A stretch of DNA of 63,851 bases, the filler included, from Choristocarpus tenellus KU-1152 (Eukaryota; Protista; Phaeophyceae), in assembly GCA_964200185.2 (NCBI GenBank). It is 12 parts of 12 records of this genome, joined end to end, with 100 filler letters (N's around TTAATTAATTAA, not from the genome) between each part and the next. Parts side by side here need not be neighbours in the genome. Positions count along the whole stretch, not along the records: positions 9,590 to 18,273 come from CAXNAD020004447.1; positions 18,374 to 23,158 come from CAXNAD020013072.1; positions 23,259 to 26,465 come from CAXNAD020021545.1; 9 more parts are not named here. One strand, 5' to 3'. Positions within the stretch are counted from its first letter, which is position 1; the number at the start of each line of letters is the position of its first letter. The position numbers were made by a program, and so were the translations under genes. The notes beneath the pieces are model-generated. The model was not told the origin of the DNA. It saw only the letters and a program-made list of their open reading frames with translations, and ran no database searches. Shown piece after piece: positions 13,401 through 26,200 of this stretch.

Positions 13401-13989
13401 ACGTACTTGTGACCTGAGCTGCTTGAGCTGTCGTACGTGTGGTTTACCATGATGTACAACAGCTTTGGCGAATTCCACTCACTGTTGAGGAATAATGCTC
13501 TTTTTGGTGACCATGTGCACATAATTTTTAGATACCATTCACCATTTTTGTCAGTATGTATATATATTCGTCCCCATGTGCTGAGAGAGTTGTGATATCA
13601 TAGGAAAGAACATTCTTGTACAAGTCTTACTTTGCAATGTAGTAGGATTGAACAATCGTGTACAAATCTTACTTTGTGAGTTAGTAGGAAAGGACTACTG
13701 CGTACAAATCTTTATGTCGTAAGTGAAAAACTGTACTCAGGCTACTACTACTTAATTGCATACAGCACTTCGTTCCCTTGTTGTTCTGTGATAGCATTCA
13801 AAAATATCACCCCCCTTTCTAAACTATCACATCGTAGAAGTCCCAGCAGAGTCCTGGGTAACATGACCTCTGTAGCGTGTCATGTTGGGATCCCTATATT
13901 AAGATCAGCCCAAAACGTGTACCTGTGTATTATTGTATACTATAATGCCCTCTAGTATCTTGCAGTGTGTGAGGAAACAATGATCAGTG

Positions 13990-14420
13990 GTCAGTCACAT
14001 TTTGCGTGTAGGTGCCACTGTTCCTGTGTTAGAAAAATGTAAAAATATTGGTCCGTAAGACTCCTCTGCGAAACGTGTAAAAATATTTGTCGAACCACTC
14101 TCCCATCTTTGAAACATGTACAAATATTTGTTACATACCACTCCCCTTTCTACGAAAGATGCACAAATAGTTCCCTGGTGTATATATTGATTTGAATCCC
14201 TTCCCAATGATTTACCCTTCTTGTGACCACAAGCAATACAAATGACAGTGTATTGATTTATCAATATTTCATAATGTTTTCGGAAGAATTATTCCAGACA
14301 ACTCTCAGAAATTAATTTGTGAAGATGTACCCCAACGTGCACAACTAAGATTTATGACCTTAACAGACATTGGTTTGTCGGAAATTGATTTGTACGTATA
14401 AATTGGATTTAATTCGTCCA
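13990..14420 (-). pseudogene. Degenerate copy of an unidentified multi-copy coding family (paralog at ~28950-29560)
   Basis: YKSISDKPMSVKVINLSCA vs YKSISIKSMAVPVVNLSYA, and HQGTICASFVE vs YQETICTCFVD; in-frame stops in both copies. Confidence 0.55.
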
Positions 14421-14527
14421 AAGTGTGCACGGTTACCTTGATACTGTTGCATCAGCCTTCACAAGGGCATTTCTTTCTTCCTTTGACAGAGTATGATCGG
14501 TGTGTTCCTGTTCGTGAAATTCAATAT

Positions 14528-14949
14528 AGTGCACAGGGGAACCCCCCCTTCATTGGGACCCACCAATGTTATTTTTTTTCTTTTTCCCACGAATTTTCGA
14601 AACACCAACCCCAACCCCAATCCTAACCTCAACCCTAACCCTGGCCCTGGCCCTGGCCCTAAATTTTAATATCCATAACCAAGGAGACATCCCGTAAGAA
14701 GTTTCACAGTGTGGTACACAGAGTACAGTTTTACTGGGAAACCGCCACCTCTCAAGGATCTACCACCGTTATCGCTTTCACCTTTTCGCACACATTTTTG
14801 AAAACCTAACCCTAAGCTTAACCCTAAGCCCAACACTTAACCTAACCCTGACCCGTGTGTGAAAATTACTCTAACCTTCGTCCGAAGAACTTTCTTTAAA
14901 AAATTACGATAGTGGGGGTTCTTCAAGATGGGGGGTTCCCCTGCACACT
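14528..14949. mobile_element. ~420-bp TIR element (MITE) with internal telomere-like CCCTAA tracts
   Basis: Left end AGTGCACAGGGGAACCCCCCC... and right end ...GGGGGGTTCCCCTGCACACT form an imperfect inverted repeat of ~55 bp. Confidence 0.75.
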
Positions 14950-14979
14950 CCCAACGGAACTTAACATATCGGACCTGAA

Positions 14980-16500
14980 CGAGTGTCCATGTCACACAAC
15001 CTTAGAGCAAATCCCCAAGTACTTTGTCCTTGAGCGTTCGGATTTTTAGGTCAAGTGATATAAGTCATGGAACAACTGACTGTATTTGTTATCTGTCAGA
15101 CCTGAGTGCTGATCTCGACGGTGATATCAGCATAGTTCTGTCTTCAGCTCAGACTCAGAAGTCAGCCCGAATGTCGTAGTCACCTTCACAGTCACTGCAA
15201 GCATCCTGGCCAGACCTTTGGGGTTCTAGAAACAATACCCAAATCATCAACATATAGTATTCCCCACAGGTGCCACTCAAGTGCCACCCACTCCTTGTCA
15301 TAACTTCTCACCTGATCTGGCTAATTTTTCTCAGCGCTCTTGATGACAACAAGACCATTGGTGACTGTGTCAACATAAACTCTTAACCACTATGCTTAGC
15401 ACTACAGTGGAGAAGATGCTCGACAGCATGGGGGCAAGAATACGCCCTTGTTTAAGACCTTGTCCTCAGACTAGTTCGCGTACTCTCATCGTCATTCATG
15501 CAGACGGGTACCTGCATTCCAACATGGAAGTGGCAGATGATAGACACACTATCCCTGCCTCTCAGAATAATAGGAGATAGCGGTAATTATAGTCATTTTC
15601 CTTCCGGAGGTCAATCTAAAACACACCCACAGGTGCAAGCTTTTCCTCTCCGAGCTCTTGGCTCACCCAACGTGTATGTGCATCATGTCAACAGTTGAGC
15701 GTTGAGGGCGAAAACAGCACTGCTCCTCATTCGTGGAGTATGCCCTCAAGTTCAAGGTAACTTCCCAGACGTTGTGCAACAACATGGAGAACCACTTTAC
15801 GCCTTGTACCACCAAGGAGATGCATTTCTCTGTAGTCGCTACAATCCGTCCGATCGTTTCTCTGTAGAGCACCTTCATGGCCGCGTCCTCCCAAACCTGT
15901 GGCATGTTTTCCTGGTGCCACAGATCCAACACGGTCATCTAGAAACCCTGCAGAATAATCTCGTCCTCATTGTGGTGTCAAGTTTCAGAATATCTGCTGG
16001 GACATAATTTGGTCCCATTGATTTCCATTTTGTGTTATCTCGGATTACTTATGCCACTTTCACCAGTTTTGGTTCATCAGTGAATTGTTGGTCAAGCGTT
16101 TTGGCAATACCAATATATTTGAGATTGACCGACTTTCCACTCAGGAGCATCGTTCCTTAATGAGACCTTGCTCTCTTAGGAGCGATCCAGATTCGTCACG
16201 AATATGTTAGGAGGCACACTGTTGTATCGTTTCTTCATTGGACCCTTTCAGGGTTTTTTTTTTGTAATCCAGCTTGATCCCTACTGTGAATGCGACCTTA
16301 AATTCTTCCTGCATTATGTGTCAAGAAACTGCCAGCCACTCTCAATTCCTGCTTGAAGGCTATTTTTTCAGGATCCATCCATGCATTGATAGTGCAAAGA
16401 TTCTTCCCGATCCTCTCAGGTCTTCAAAAAACTTGCTTTTGGCTTGGTCACCTACGCACACCCCTCCTAGAAAACAATGCATTGGGGGGGGCGTACCACT
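14980..16500 (-). mobile_element. Degenerate LINE (RTE-like) reverse transcriptase
   Basis: Motifs in correct order across frameshifts: WHQENMPQVWEDAAMKVL, DRTDCSDYR, ISLV, EEQCCFRPQRSTVDMM, QGLKQGRILAPML, WGILYVDDLGIVSRTPKGL, LKIRTLK...GCVTW. Confidence 0.9.
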
Positions 16501-17432
16501 TCCGAAGCAGCTAAAAAAAAATAGACTGCTTAGGAAGCTGCTATGTTGTTGACATCCGCTGTGTTAGACCTGTGTCCTTGTTTGTCATTGCTTGTGTCAG
16601 GATTGTACTAGCTCAGTCATGCTCACCGATTTTTTAGGTACACCTTTCCTTTATGAACGGGTGTATTGACTCTATACCAGAGCAGATGCGTAATAAGCCC
16701 CGAGGAAGTCCTGTTGGAAGGTCTTGCCAATTACTTGATTACACGATACAGTATGGCGTAAAAGTTATCACAAGAAGTTTGTCTTCCACCCTTAGGTTTT
16801 GAAAAAGGTGATGGAACCAAACGCCCTACTCAGGTTATTCCACCACATCTGAAAACTGCTAGGTCACAGTATCCACCAACGCACAAAAACACCCCACACT
16901 CACATACCCTATCATTACATATTTCAGCCAGAATTTGCTCTTATTCCTCCCATTTTACACCACTCTCAAATTCTTATTATTCCAGGTTATAGTGCAAGCT
17001 GGGGAAAGAAACATTGAGTCCTTACCTTGCTGGAAACTTTCATGCATGGAAGCTAGATTTCACCTTGACACATCTCTCCTTCTAGTATCGAAGGAACACT
17101 CGAATATCCATCCTCTATTATGCATGCATTCCACGATGATATACTGTATACCATCCAGACGATATCATACAACAAGAAATGTATACAATGATGGACCTGT
17201 ATTTATCGATTGTCATGGTACATACTACCTAAAATCCAATAACAAATTATTCAACAGATCAAGAACTCGGAGTGCAATAGATCGTAAGAGTTCAAAAAAG
17301 GTGGAATTGGAAAAGCCAGTTATCTAGGAACTCTTCACCACACAAATCTTATGTGCCGAAGGTTTGCGCAGGTCAGTATCGAACAACGAAATGATAGTAA
17401 GGAGCTTAGAACCTTATATAAATACCGATTTT

Positions 17433-17504
17433 GGTCTTATGGTGTAGTCGGTAACACTTGAGACTCTGAATCTCACGCCCCTAGTTCGAGTCTCGGTAGG
17501 ACCT
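17433..17504 (+). tRNA. tRNA-Gln (anticodon CTG)
   Basis: 72-nt cloverleaf: acceptor GGTCTTA/TAGGACC, D-stem GTGT/ACAC, anticodon stem TGAGA/TCTCA with loop CT-CTG-AA, T-loop TTCGAGT; one T-stem mismatch. Confidence 0.93.
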
Positions 17505-17946
17505 TATTCTTGCGTCTTAGTTCATGGTCAAAGGTAGACATTGTTGTGTACCAAAAAAAAGAGTTAGTACGCAGTAGTACCTTCTACTAATAGAATATAC
17601 CACTGGTCAAAAGGTAGCCCCAGACCAGAAGCAGCAAAATAATGCTCGAAGAAAATTACGCAAAAAATACAGAAACAAAAAATGAAAACGGAAAGAGAAA
17701 AACTAGATCCAGTTTAGAAGAGAAATCGGAAACTCACTAGCGCCTAATAGACAGGACAAAACGTTATTGACGCTGCCAACATGACCAAAGTCCTGTGGGA
17801 AAAGGTCCATCTATCCGCCTGTAAAACACCACTCAAGACATATATCTGAGATGAAAAGAATATAATGGGCCCAAGGAAAGAGACCAATCAGAAGAGGAAC
17901 ATTCAGGAGGCAGCAGTAATGGATGGGATGTGACTTATTCTGCTCT

Positions 17947-18102
17947 GGGCTGCCTTGACTGCTACTCTAGCATGATGCAAACCAGCTGTAATGACTTCTC
18001 TGGCATACCAATCGTCCATGAAGGGCTGCCTTGACTGCTACTCTAGCATGATGCAAACCAGCTGTAATGACTTCTCTGGCATACCAATCGTCCATGAAGG
18101 GC
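17947..18102. repeat. Perfect 76-bp tandem duplication
   Basis: GGGCTGCCTTGACTGC...CGTCCATGAA starts at both 17947 and 18023. Confidence 0.95.
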
Positions 18103-18750
18103 CAAAATCATCACCTACATTATCAAAAACCTTTTAGTTCGTGTTGTAGACACATCCACAACAAATGGAGTGGAGGATTTGGTTGGGGTGAGTTTCGTAA
18201 TTCCATCCATACGTTCTTAGGCTTTATATAACAGGGGAATCTCAAAATTGAGGAAGGCGCGGGACTATGAGGANNNNNNNNNNNNNNNNNNNNNNNNNNN
18301 NNNNNNNNNNNNNNNNNTTAATTAATTAANNNNNNNNNNNNNNNNNNNNNNNNNNNNNNNNNNNNNNNNNNNNGTGGGTGGGTGCGGGGGAGGAGTATAG
18401 AGGAAGCAGTTGTATCAATCAAAGTTGTAGCAAGGGTGTGCAAGTGCATGCAGAAAGGATGTGGAAAAAAGGTTTAGGGTTGGGGTTAAGGGCTAGAGGT
18501 GGGAAGAGTGAGTGATTGAAGATAGAGTTACATGCGACCACACCCCTTGCTAGAGTCGAAAGCTTTTGTCTAGTATCATGAATGTTTCGACATCTGGACT
18601 AGAAGGTGTTGTGATGTTTTCACTGCTTCTAAGAACTCTTCTAAGAACTCTTCTTTTTCACCACTTCTCTCCTTCCCCTTCCCCTTCCCCTTCCCCATTG
18701 GTGCATTTCCCCTGCTACTACTGTGTTGCGGCATTGTTGTGACACTGTAG

Positions 18751-19323
18751 GGGCAAGACTGCTGCACAGGTGTCCTTGAACTGGTGCATGGTCAAGGGCA
18801 CTATTCCTATTCCAGGGGCGAAGAACACCCGTCAGGTAGGACACAACTTGGTAGGACACAACTTGTCACATACCAAGACGTCTTGTTTGAGATGAAGTAC
18901 AAGGCGGGAAAGTAAAGGTGAAATATATATTTTTTTGTGTGAAGAGTCCTTCTCTTTGTGGGAAACATGCCGATTGAGATATGAAAGTATCTCAAACGCT
19001 TGGCATGTAGCACATGGGCAGGAGTGAACAGGATGCTCTCTTTCCCCTGAAGGATACTGGCAAAGTAGACTTGGATCCAATCCCCACTCCAAGGTCACCC
19101 TCTCACTCTTCCCTAACCCTTTTCCGTAACCCCTCCTCATTCCTCTGATTCGTACCCTAATTTATACCCTAACCCTAAACCACCTACAATATCGACTCAG
19201 GCAAAGGAAAACAGCGGTGCCATGGGGTGGCGTTTGTCTGAGGAGGAGGAACAGGAGTTGGATTTGGTCGCCAAGAACACTGGGGTGCAGACTATGGGAA
19301 TGCCCTTTACTGAGAAAAAGTAG
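18751..19323 (+). CDS. Aldo-keto reductase (pyridoxal-reductase-like), last two exons 18751-18835 and 19201-19323
   Basis: GKTAAQVSLNWCMVKGTIPIPGAKNTRQ | AKENSGAMGWRLSEEEEQELDLVAK...* is the typical AKR C-terminal QVALNW...IPIPGAK...EN signature. AG/GT sites are in phase. Missed by the ORF track. Confidence 0.9.
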
Positions 19324-19753
19324 TTTATTGATGCAGTATCAGACAGTGTGTCACCTGTTCGTATCTGTTTGTAGTGATTTGGTCATTCAATTACAGGATG
19401 AGCATATCTTTTTTTGGGGGGGGGAGGTTGTGGAGAGGGACAATTGCGGAGGCGTTTCACCTTGTAGGTTGGGAAACGAAGGCGGTGTGTCAGGGATAGT
19501 GGGGACAGATCGGGTGAGATGGGGTGGAGAGGAAGGAAGACTTCACCTACATCATCCCTGAATTTTGTTTTTATTATGTGTCTTGGTGCCGACCAAAATT
19601 TTAATGCATTTGATATGTTGACTAAGGGATGTTCACGGATAAGTCTGTGATCTTTTAATTGTCATGGAGGATAGTGAGGGACAAGTTGAGATGGGGGAGC
19701 AACACAACTGTGCCTGTATGTTTGTTTGTGTTTGTGCATGTGTTGTGTTTATA

Positions 19754-19755
<2 letters not shown>

Positions 19756-19802
<47 letters not shown>
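19756..19802 (+). repeat. (TG)n microsatellite
   Basis: Direct read. Confidence 0.95.
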
Positions 19803-19803
<1 letters not shown>

Positions 19804-21494
19804 TGACTTGAGGCTAGGGATACTAGAGCACCACAGTATGGACTCGATCTGCTACGACAAGGATATCCTTTACAGTAGGTTCTGAAGACTTTGCAGTAAC
19901 CTCTGCAGCATTGCTGTCTAGTAAATGCTGACGTGATTTTTAAGATTTCTTGTTTAGGAGTGTAGAGTGATCTAGTTATTGCACCAAGGTACAGTTTGGA
20001 TGAAGTACAAATAAGGTACAAATGAAGTGCCTTTTTGGAGGCCTTGTATCACTGCCAACTAACTGTTAAGAGCGTTGAAACCTGTAATAATCAGACTGAC
20101 CCATCTGACGAATTTTTGTGAGGTGAATGTAACTTCTTTATGCCTGTCACCTCAAGGGAGATGGCACTCATGGGTAGTCAACCTGTGTCTTTGGTGGGAT
20201 AAGTGCTCTGATGTCTTGGCCAATTGCCCGCAACCACCTGCAGTGCTCCTTGCACTTAACAACTTAGGATTTGCATATGTGGGACTTGGCACAGGGCAAT
20301 GAAACTGGCCTCTAATACCTAGTACTTTGTGGTACTTGATTTCCTTAGTTTGGACCACTTTTGAGAAGGCAGGTTATTTTGTGGAGCATTTCGTGTTGCT
20401 GGGCGTGTGGTTCAACATGTGCAATTTGTTGTACAAGTTTAGAGCAAGTACTTCAATACTCCAAATACTAAGCCTAGCCTGCTTTTGCATGAACGGAGAT
20501 CAGATGTATGTGGTTGTGCCTCTGAAGACCACTATGCAACCTCTACTCACTTGTTGAAATCCAGTGCTGTCGAGCTATTTTTCACTTGAAAAGTGTACTA
20601 CTGCTTGCAATGGCCTCAGTTGTAAGAGGCGATACTATGACAGCATACACCAGTGGGTCAAGTGTCAGGAACCACTTGGTAACAAACCTTGTTGTGTATG
20701 CGAAGTATAGACTACTGAGTACATACATACTTTATCTGACCACTTCACACAAGTCTTCGAAAAGTTATGTGCTGGTCAGACCAGACCATGCCGCAAACTG
20801 AAAGTGAGACATTTTACAGCACTTCTTGCTCCCATTCTCAAGGCGTGTCAGGTCCATTTGGGCACTAAAGGCACTAAAGGCACTAGCGTTCATCCCTGCA
20901 CTTCGCATGTATTGTATAGCCGCATCAAATGCGTTACAGGGCCCTATGATTCACTTTTGTGCCCCTAGAACACTTGTCCCGAACGATTTCCTCCTCTTTT
21001 TTCAAGCTCCCGTTATTATGTTATTATGTTATTATGTACAAAGTAGTAGAAGAAATTGAAGCCGGCTAGAGTGGGCGCTACCAGTTTGTTAGAGACATAA
21101 ATGATATTCTTGTGGAGTAAGCAGGCTGGGTGGTAGCACAAGAAAGACCTCGTGGAACAGGGAAATTACAAACGCAATGTGCCTTTTCTGGTGTTAAGCT
21201 ATCCGAGAAATGGAGCATGTACAATGACCTATCTGCATACATGCATGAGATAATAGCTTGACTTGGCTAGAGCTCTCCCTTTCCCTCTCCCTCCCTCCAT
21301 GTACATATTTTGGTGAAGGAGTTGGCCATGTCAAGTGCGAGACAGTAGTGGAGCTGAGCATAGCATGTGTAAAGTTGGATTACCAATAATTCAAAGCGTA
21401 TAAAACCCCATTGTACAATAAGGCGAACAATGGCCTCTTACTGTTGCATTCCAACTCTAATTCTTATTATATGGCACTCCAAATATATTCAATG

Positions 21495-22992
21495 CTAACA
21501 AATTTCTCTCCCTTGATCCAGCTCAAACCGCTTCCACCCTGGTCTCTTCCTCTTCCTTACATATGTTACCCACACATCATGTTGCCCGTCTCCAACCCTC
21601 CTGCCTCCACCTCCTCTCTTGTACACCTCCTCATCCTCTTCCCCATCCTGTTCCCATTCACTCTCCATTGCCCTGCTCCCTTCTCCTTGAAAACCAAACC
21701 CCGTCCGTGACACAGTGGTGAGGTAAACATTGGCAGAGACCGACCAATCTGTGGCCTCAACACCATGAAGCCACATTAAGGGAATGTAAACTGCATCTCC
21801 TGGGTTGAGGTGGGCCTCAAGACGGTAGGCTTTGGCCTTGGCCATCCTCCTGGGGTCGGCAGATGGCCAGTGTTTGTGGTATGGATCTGGGGAGAAGTCT
21901 GCAACTCTTTCAGGAGGGTAGAACCACACAGTCTTGCGAAGATGCAGTTGTACCAGGATGTTCTCAAGGCAGTCAACATGAGTGGGATCTGATGTTTGAA
22001 AAAAACAAAATCGGGGAAGGTACGGATTGTTTGGATGGATTGAAGTATAATAGAGATGGGCACAGGAGGGACAATAAGGTAGCGATTCTGATATTATTCA
22101 GTCTTTACTCGGGTATTGCTTGTTCATCTGTTGGAGATAGAAGGTAGTTCTACCCTGTGCTTAAGTATATCTAGGAGAGGGTGTGGCGGTTTATTTTGGA
22201 GGCTATCCGTGAGTGAAGGCATATTGAAGTATGCTGATGCCAAGGATTGAATTTACTGTTCAGGAAGACAGAGGGATGGAATTACTTGCTCTTGCTCTAC
22301 TATTGGTGGGGGTAATCTAGCAACAACTTCTCATCTCAAGATTGGTTGCTTCCATGAAGTTTCAGACCTTGATAGACTGAAAATATCACAATGCATCTCC
22401 TAGAGGGGAAGGGGAGAGGGGAGAGGTGCTGAGGAAAGACTACTTCAGTGGCCATTGCACCACCCATACGACCTCACATTTATTGTCCTCATCATTCCCT
22501 TTGAAGAACGAATGCATGATGAGCAGTTTCAATCTCTACAAGATAAGTACCAGAAAATTGACTGTCCTACTCCTCCTCCAACACCCTCAATCTTCCCTTG
22601 GCCTCACATTGATACGCCCCTGATAGGCGGAGTGATGTCCATGCCTCTTGAAGGGTCAGTCCACCACCTGCCCCATCTCTATCCAGGGTACCTCTATCAT
22701 TCAAGTTGATCACGGATCTTGCCCGTGGTCCTTCTTGTGGTTCTCCCTCCACCTCTGCCCCTGGCCCCTCTTCCTTCCCCATGTCATCTTCCAGCCAACT
22801 TCGGGGTCTGGGATCACCAACCTCTTTCAGCAGGTCTGTCAGGTTGATGCCCTTTTCAAAATTTGGGAACATTCCCTTGCCCAATTTCCCAGGGTTAGCG
22901 TTTGGATTGGAGTTGGGGCTGCTGAGGGCAGGGTCCCTCGTAGAGAGGAGGAGATACAAAGCTGGGTTCTGTACTGGCAGCTGATCCGCAAT
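21495..22992 (-). CDS. JmjC/Cupin_8 2-oxoglutarate Fe(II) dioxygenase, 3' exons 22992-22608 and 21988-21495
   Basis: The spliced junction gives SLRLSGAYQ-Y-PTHVDCLENILVQLHLRKTVWFYPP...LNPGDAVYIPLMWLHGVEA...SVSAN. The HxD motif, distal His and the LxPGDxLYIPxxWxHxV motif are intact. Confidence 0.88.
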
Positions 22993-23103
22993 CTGTATGT
23001 ATTACAATTGGTTACGAGTAAAAGCATTGTAAATAGATAGGTATGGACAAAGAATAAAGAAAAGACAAGAAAACAGAAGTTTGGGGTTGGGCAAGAACGG
23101 TGG

Positions 23104-23136
<33 letters not shown>

Positions 23137-23258
23137 GGGGGGGCAACAAAGGGGGGGGNNNNNNNNNNNNNNNNNNNNNNNNNNNNNNNNNNNNNNNNNN
23201 NNTTAATTAATTAANNNNNNNNNNNNNNNNNNNNNNNNNNNNNNNNNNNNNNNNNNNN

Positions 23259-26200
23259 CACTTCCAACCTCCTGCCTGGTTCTTCAGTAGGGCCGCAAAG
23301 CCCTCTTCCCTAGCCCCTCCTTCCACCTCAGCCTCATCCTCCTCTTCATCATCATCGCTATCAAACAGCCATCGGAGATACCAAGACACAAACTCATCTC
23401 GACCCAAGTTCCCCCCCTTGCACAGTGCCAATAGCTTGGGTCTATGTGTGTCCACAGAGTAGGTGGTGCCTAGGCTGGTCATCAGGTTCTCAAAATCATC
23501 CTCCTCGATCCACCCCTGCTGTTTTGTGTCCAAGGTGTCAAAGGTTGATTCTACCTTGGCCCTCTCCTCTTCCAGTTCATCCTCCTCAGTCACACCCTCA
23601 CCCTCAGAACCCCCAGTCTCAGAACTGGAATCTGGGAAAAGGGAAAAGGGAAGAGCGATTGTGGGTGTGGCTTAAAGTATCTGGAGGGTAAAGGGGATTC
23701 TACAGCAAGATGTCCATTTGGGTAATGACCAGGAAAGGTGCACGTACATTATCCATCCGACGCATGCAATTCAAATCACCCAAAAATCGTGACATGGAAA
23801 ATGTTCTCCAAGCGGATAGCCGCCACCCCCCCAGGGTCTGTATAATGGTGGATAGACTAGAATGATGTAGTGGATGTGCGTCAACATGGAGATATGTTCA
23901 CCCTTTGTACATATATTGGAACGTTGACCTAGCACAAGGATCTAGCACATCGCTTAGACGCTAAAGAGAAAATTAGGTGTGTCACTTTGAAACGACCAAG
24001 TTTGTGTGAAAGGTAAATAACCAATCAAAAAGTGGAGAGGTGACCGAACATTTTAGAATGGTGAGGTCTATGCTCCCTTTCATTAGTGACCCTCTCAGTA
24101 AAAAATACTCTTGAAAGGATCAAACTACTGGGTTCCAATCCAATTTATTGAAGATGTGTGCCATTCAGGAACTGTCACACCAAATATCCACAGCTCTGTC
24201 CCCATAAAAAAATCTAAGGATAAACCAGAAAACTCAACTGTGAGGTTCTGTGTTGGTAGTCATGACCTCTAATTAACAGAGGATGGATACTCTGTGAGTA
24301 TATATATTCTAAACTGTACATGACATGCACTTCTGTACGATACCCAAATTTTGTGGAGGTGATGGACTCACTTGACTGTGGTAGTCCTGTGTCTTGCATA
24401 ACTTCTCATTGAGCATGAACATTTTGAAAACATTTCACATTATATGAAGTATATGAAAAAGCATTGAGTAAACAACGGATCTTACCTATCTATTGGCCAC
24501 AAGAGTTTTCCTGCTAACACACTATACACAGAAAGTGGGAACGAGTGTTTTCCCAAGAACAAATATTGTACAGCAAAGGGTCTTGGGGGTTGCCCCGGAC
24601 TGTACGCATTGTACATCAACTTGCCCCAAATCTTGTCTTGACAACGAATGTTACCAACCAAAAGGTTTCTGACCCCTGTTGATCACAACGGACAATAAAC
24701 AGATAATCTGAATACTCCCAATTGATATGGCATAACAACTCAGGTTACTGCAGAATGCATACCAATGCATGCTCATAGATATAGCCCAACACCATTATAT
24801 TATGGCGTCTAGATCTGGAGCTGTGGCAATGTCTCTTTAGGTTATATGATGTTTTGTTCAAAAGCAGTTCTGATGAGGGTGCAAAATGGGATACTTCAGA
24901 AAAATGGACATATTTGGAAAACTGTGAGTGCTAAGGTATACAACCTAAAACGATACAATATGTCCAGCAAAACATGCTTCTATTTTAGAGAATAAACTAA
25001 TATCTAGGACTGATTGTTACCTTCAACATGTGGTGACCAAATAGCTGCCTAAAGGACACGTCTTTTGAAAAGAAAACTATGTCAGAAAAAATCTATGTGC
25101 ATTTGGGATCAAATAATCCACAGGTGTAGAATGACTGAGACTTGACTCAAAACCTTGCCACAAAAAAGTACGACAGAAATAATATTAAAAGTGGTGCTGA
25201 ATATGCTCTGGGCAATAGATATTGTAGTTGTTCGTTCAACGGACAAGGACATTCTGAAGGAAATTATCTCAAGTGTTGCGCTGACAATTGCTGTTGTAGG
25301 GAAAATAAAACTGAGCGTCCAAGGGACACACTATGATAGCATTGTCATTTTTCCTGTAGTGTGTACCCTGGGATGTGAAACATTGTGACAGTGACATCCC
25401 GAGCTATTCCTCCAAAAGAGGTGACCTGCCTACCTGTCCATGTGGGTGGGAACATGAACAGTAATCTTCTGATCAGAGTGTGGTGACCCTACACTTTTCA
25501 ATAGTCCATATTTACTGTAAGAACCAGATCAGTACATTTTCAGGATTGCAAAAGACAAGAGTTGAAATTTTTTCACCGAACCGCAAACTCTAACCCTCCA
25601 CCCTCAAAATTGCATAAACACTATTCTCCTAAATATTGCCATCCTTTATCAATATTGAATCAACAGATGCCCATACCAACCTCAAGATCCCGTTCATATT
25701 CCTGGATTTCCCATCTACCACAATTCACAATAATTGCATTCAGTACAAGTATATTAAACAAAGAGGGAGGGTTGGATATTTGTGATCTTTGTACTCAAGG
25801 GAGTTAGCAGCTTAGTGAACCTTCTAGCAAGCTCAACTTCCCCAATCAACACAAAGATAAGTCTCAGGAAAAAGCTGTGTATCTAATAAAAATACCCAAC
25901 AACAAATCTTATCCAGGAAGAACAGTTGGGTTACTAGGAACACAGTACAAAACCAAAGTAGTCAAAACCTTTCTTTCTATATAGTTCACATTCACCTTGC
26001 CTGTCTTCACCACCACCTTCATCTTGTGCCACCTCAACCTTGAGTCCGCCATTTGCAGTGTCCCCACTTGATATTACCGGCACACCAAACTTGAAGCCAG
26101 CACCACTCGTCACATCAATACCACCATTCAATGCATCAGGTTGTGTTTGTAACGGACTGGAAGGTTTGGATGTACCAAATCTAAAACCTCCACCCTCACT

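Noticed and set aside
13605-13725. Three ~43-bp units starting GTACAA(G/A)TCTT as a repeat-spacer array
   Set aside because: The whole unit is homologous (degenerate tandem repeat) and there are only three copies.
23103-23158. Long poly-G tract as a G-quadruplex element
   Set aside because: Sits at a contig end where the length is unreliable; may be a sequencing or assembly artefact.
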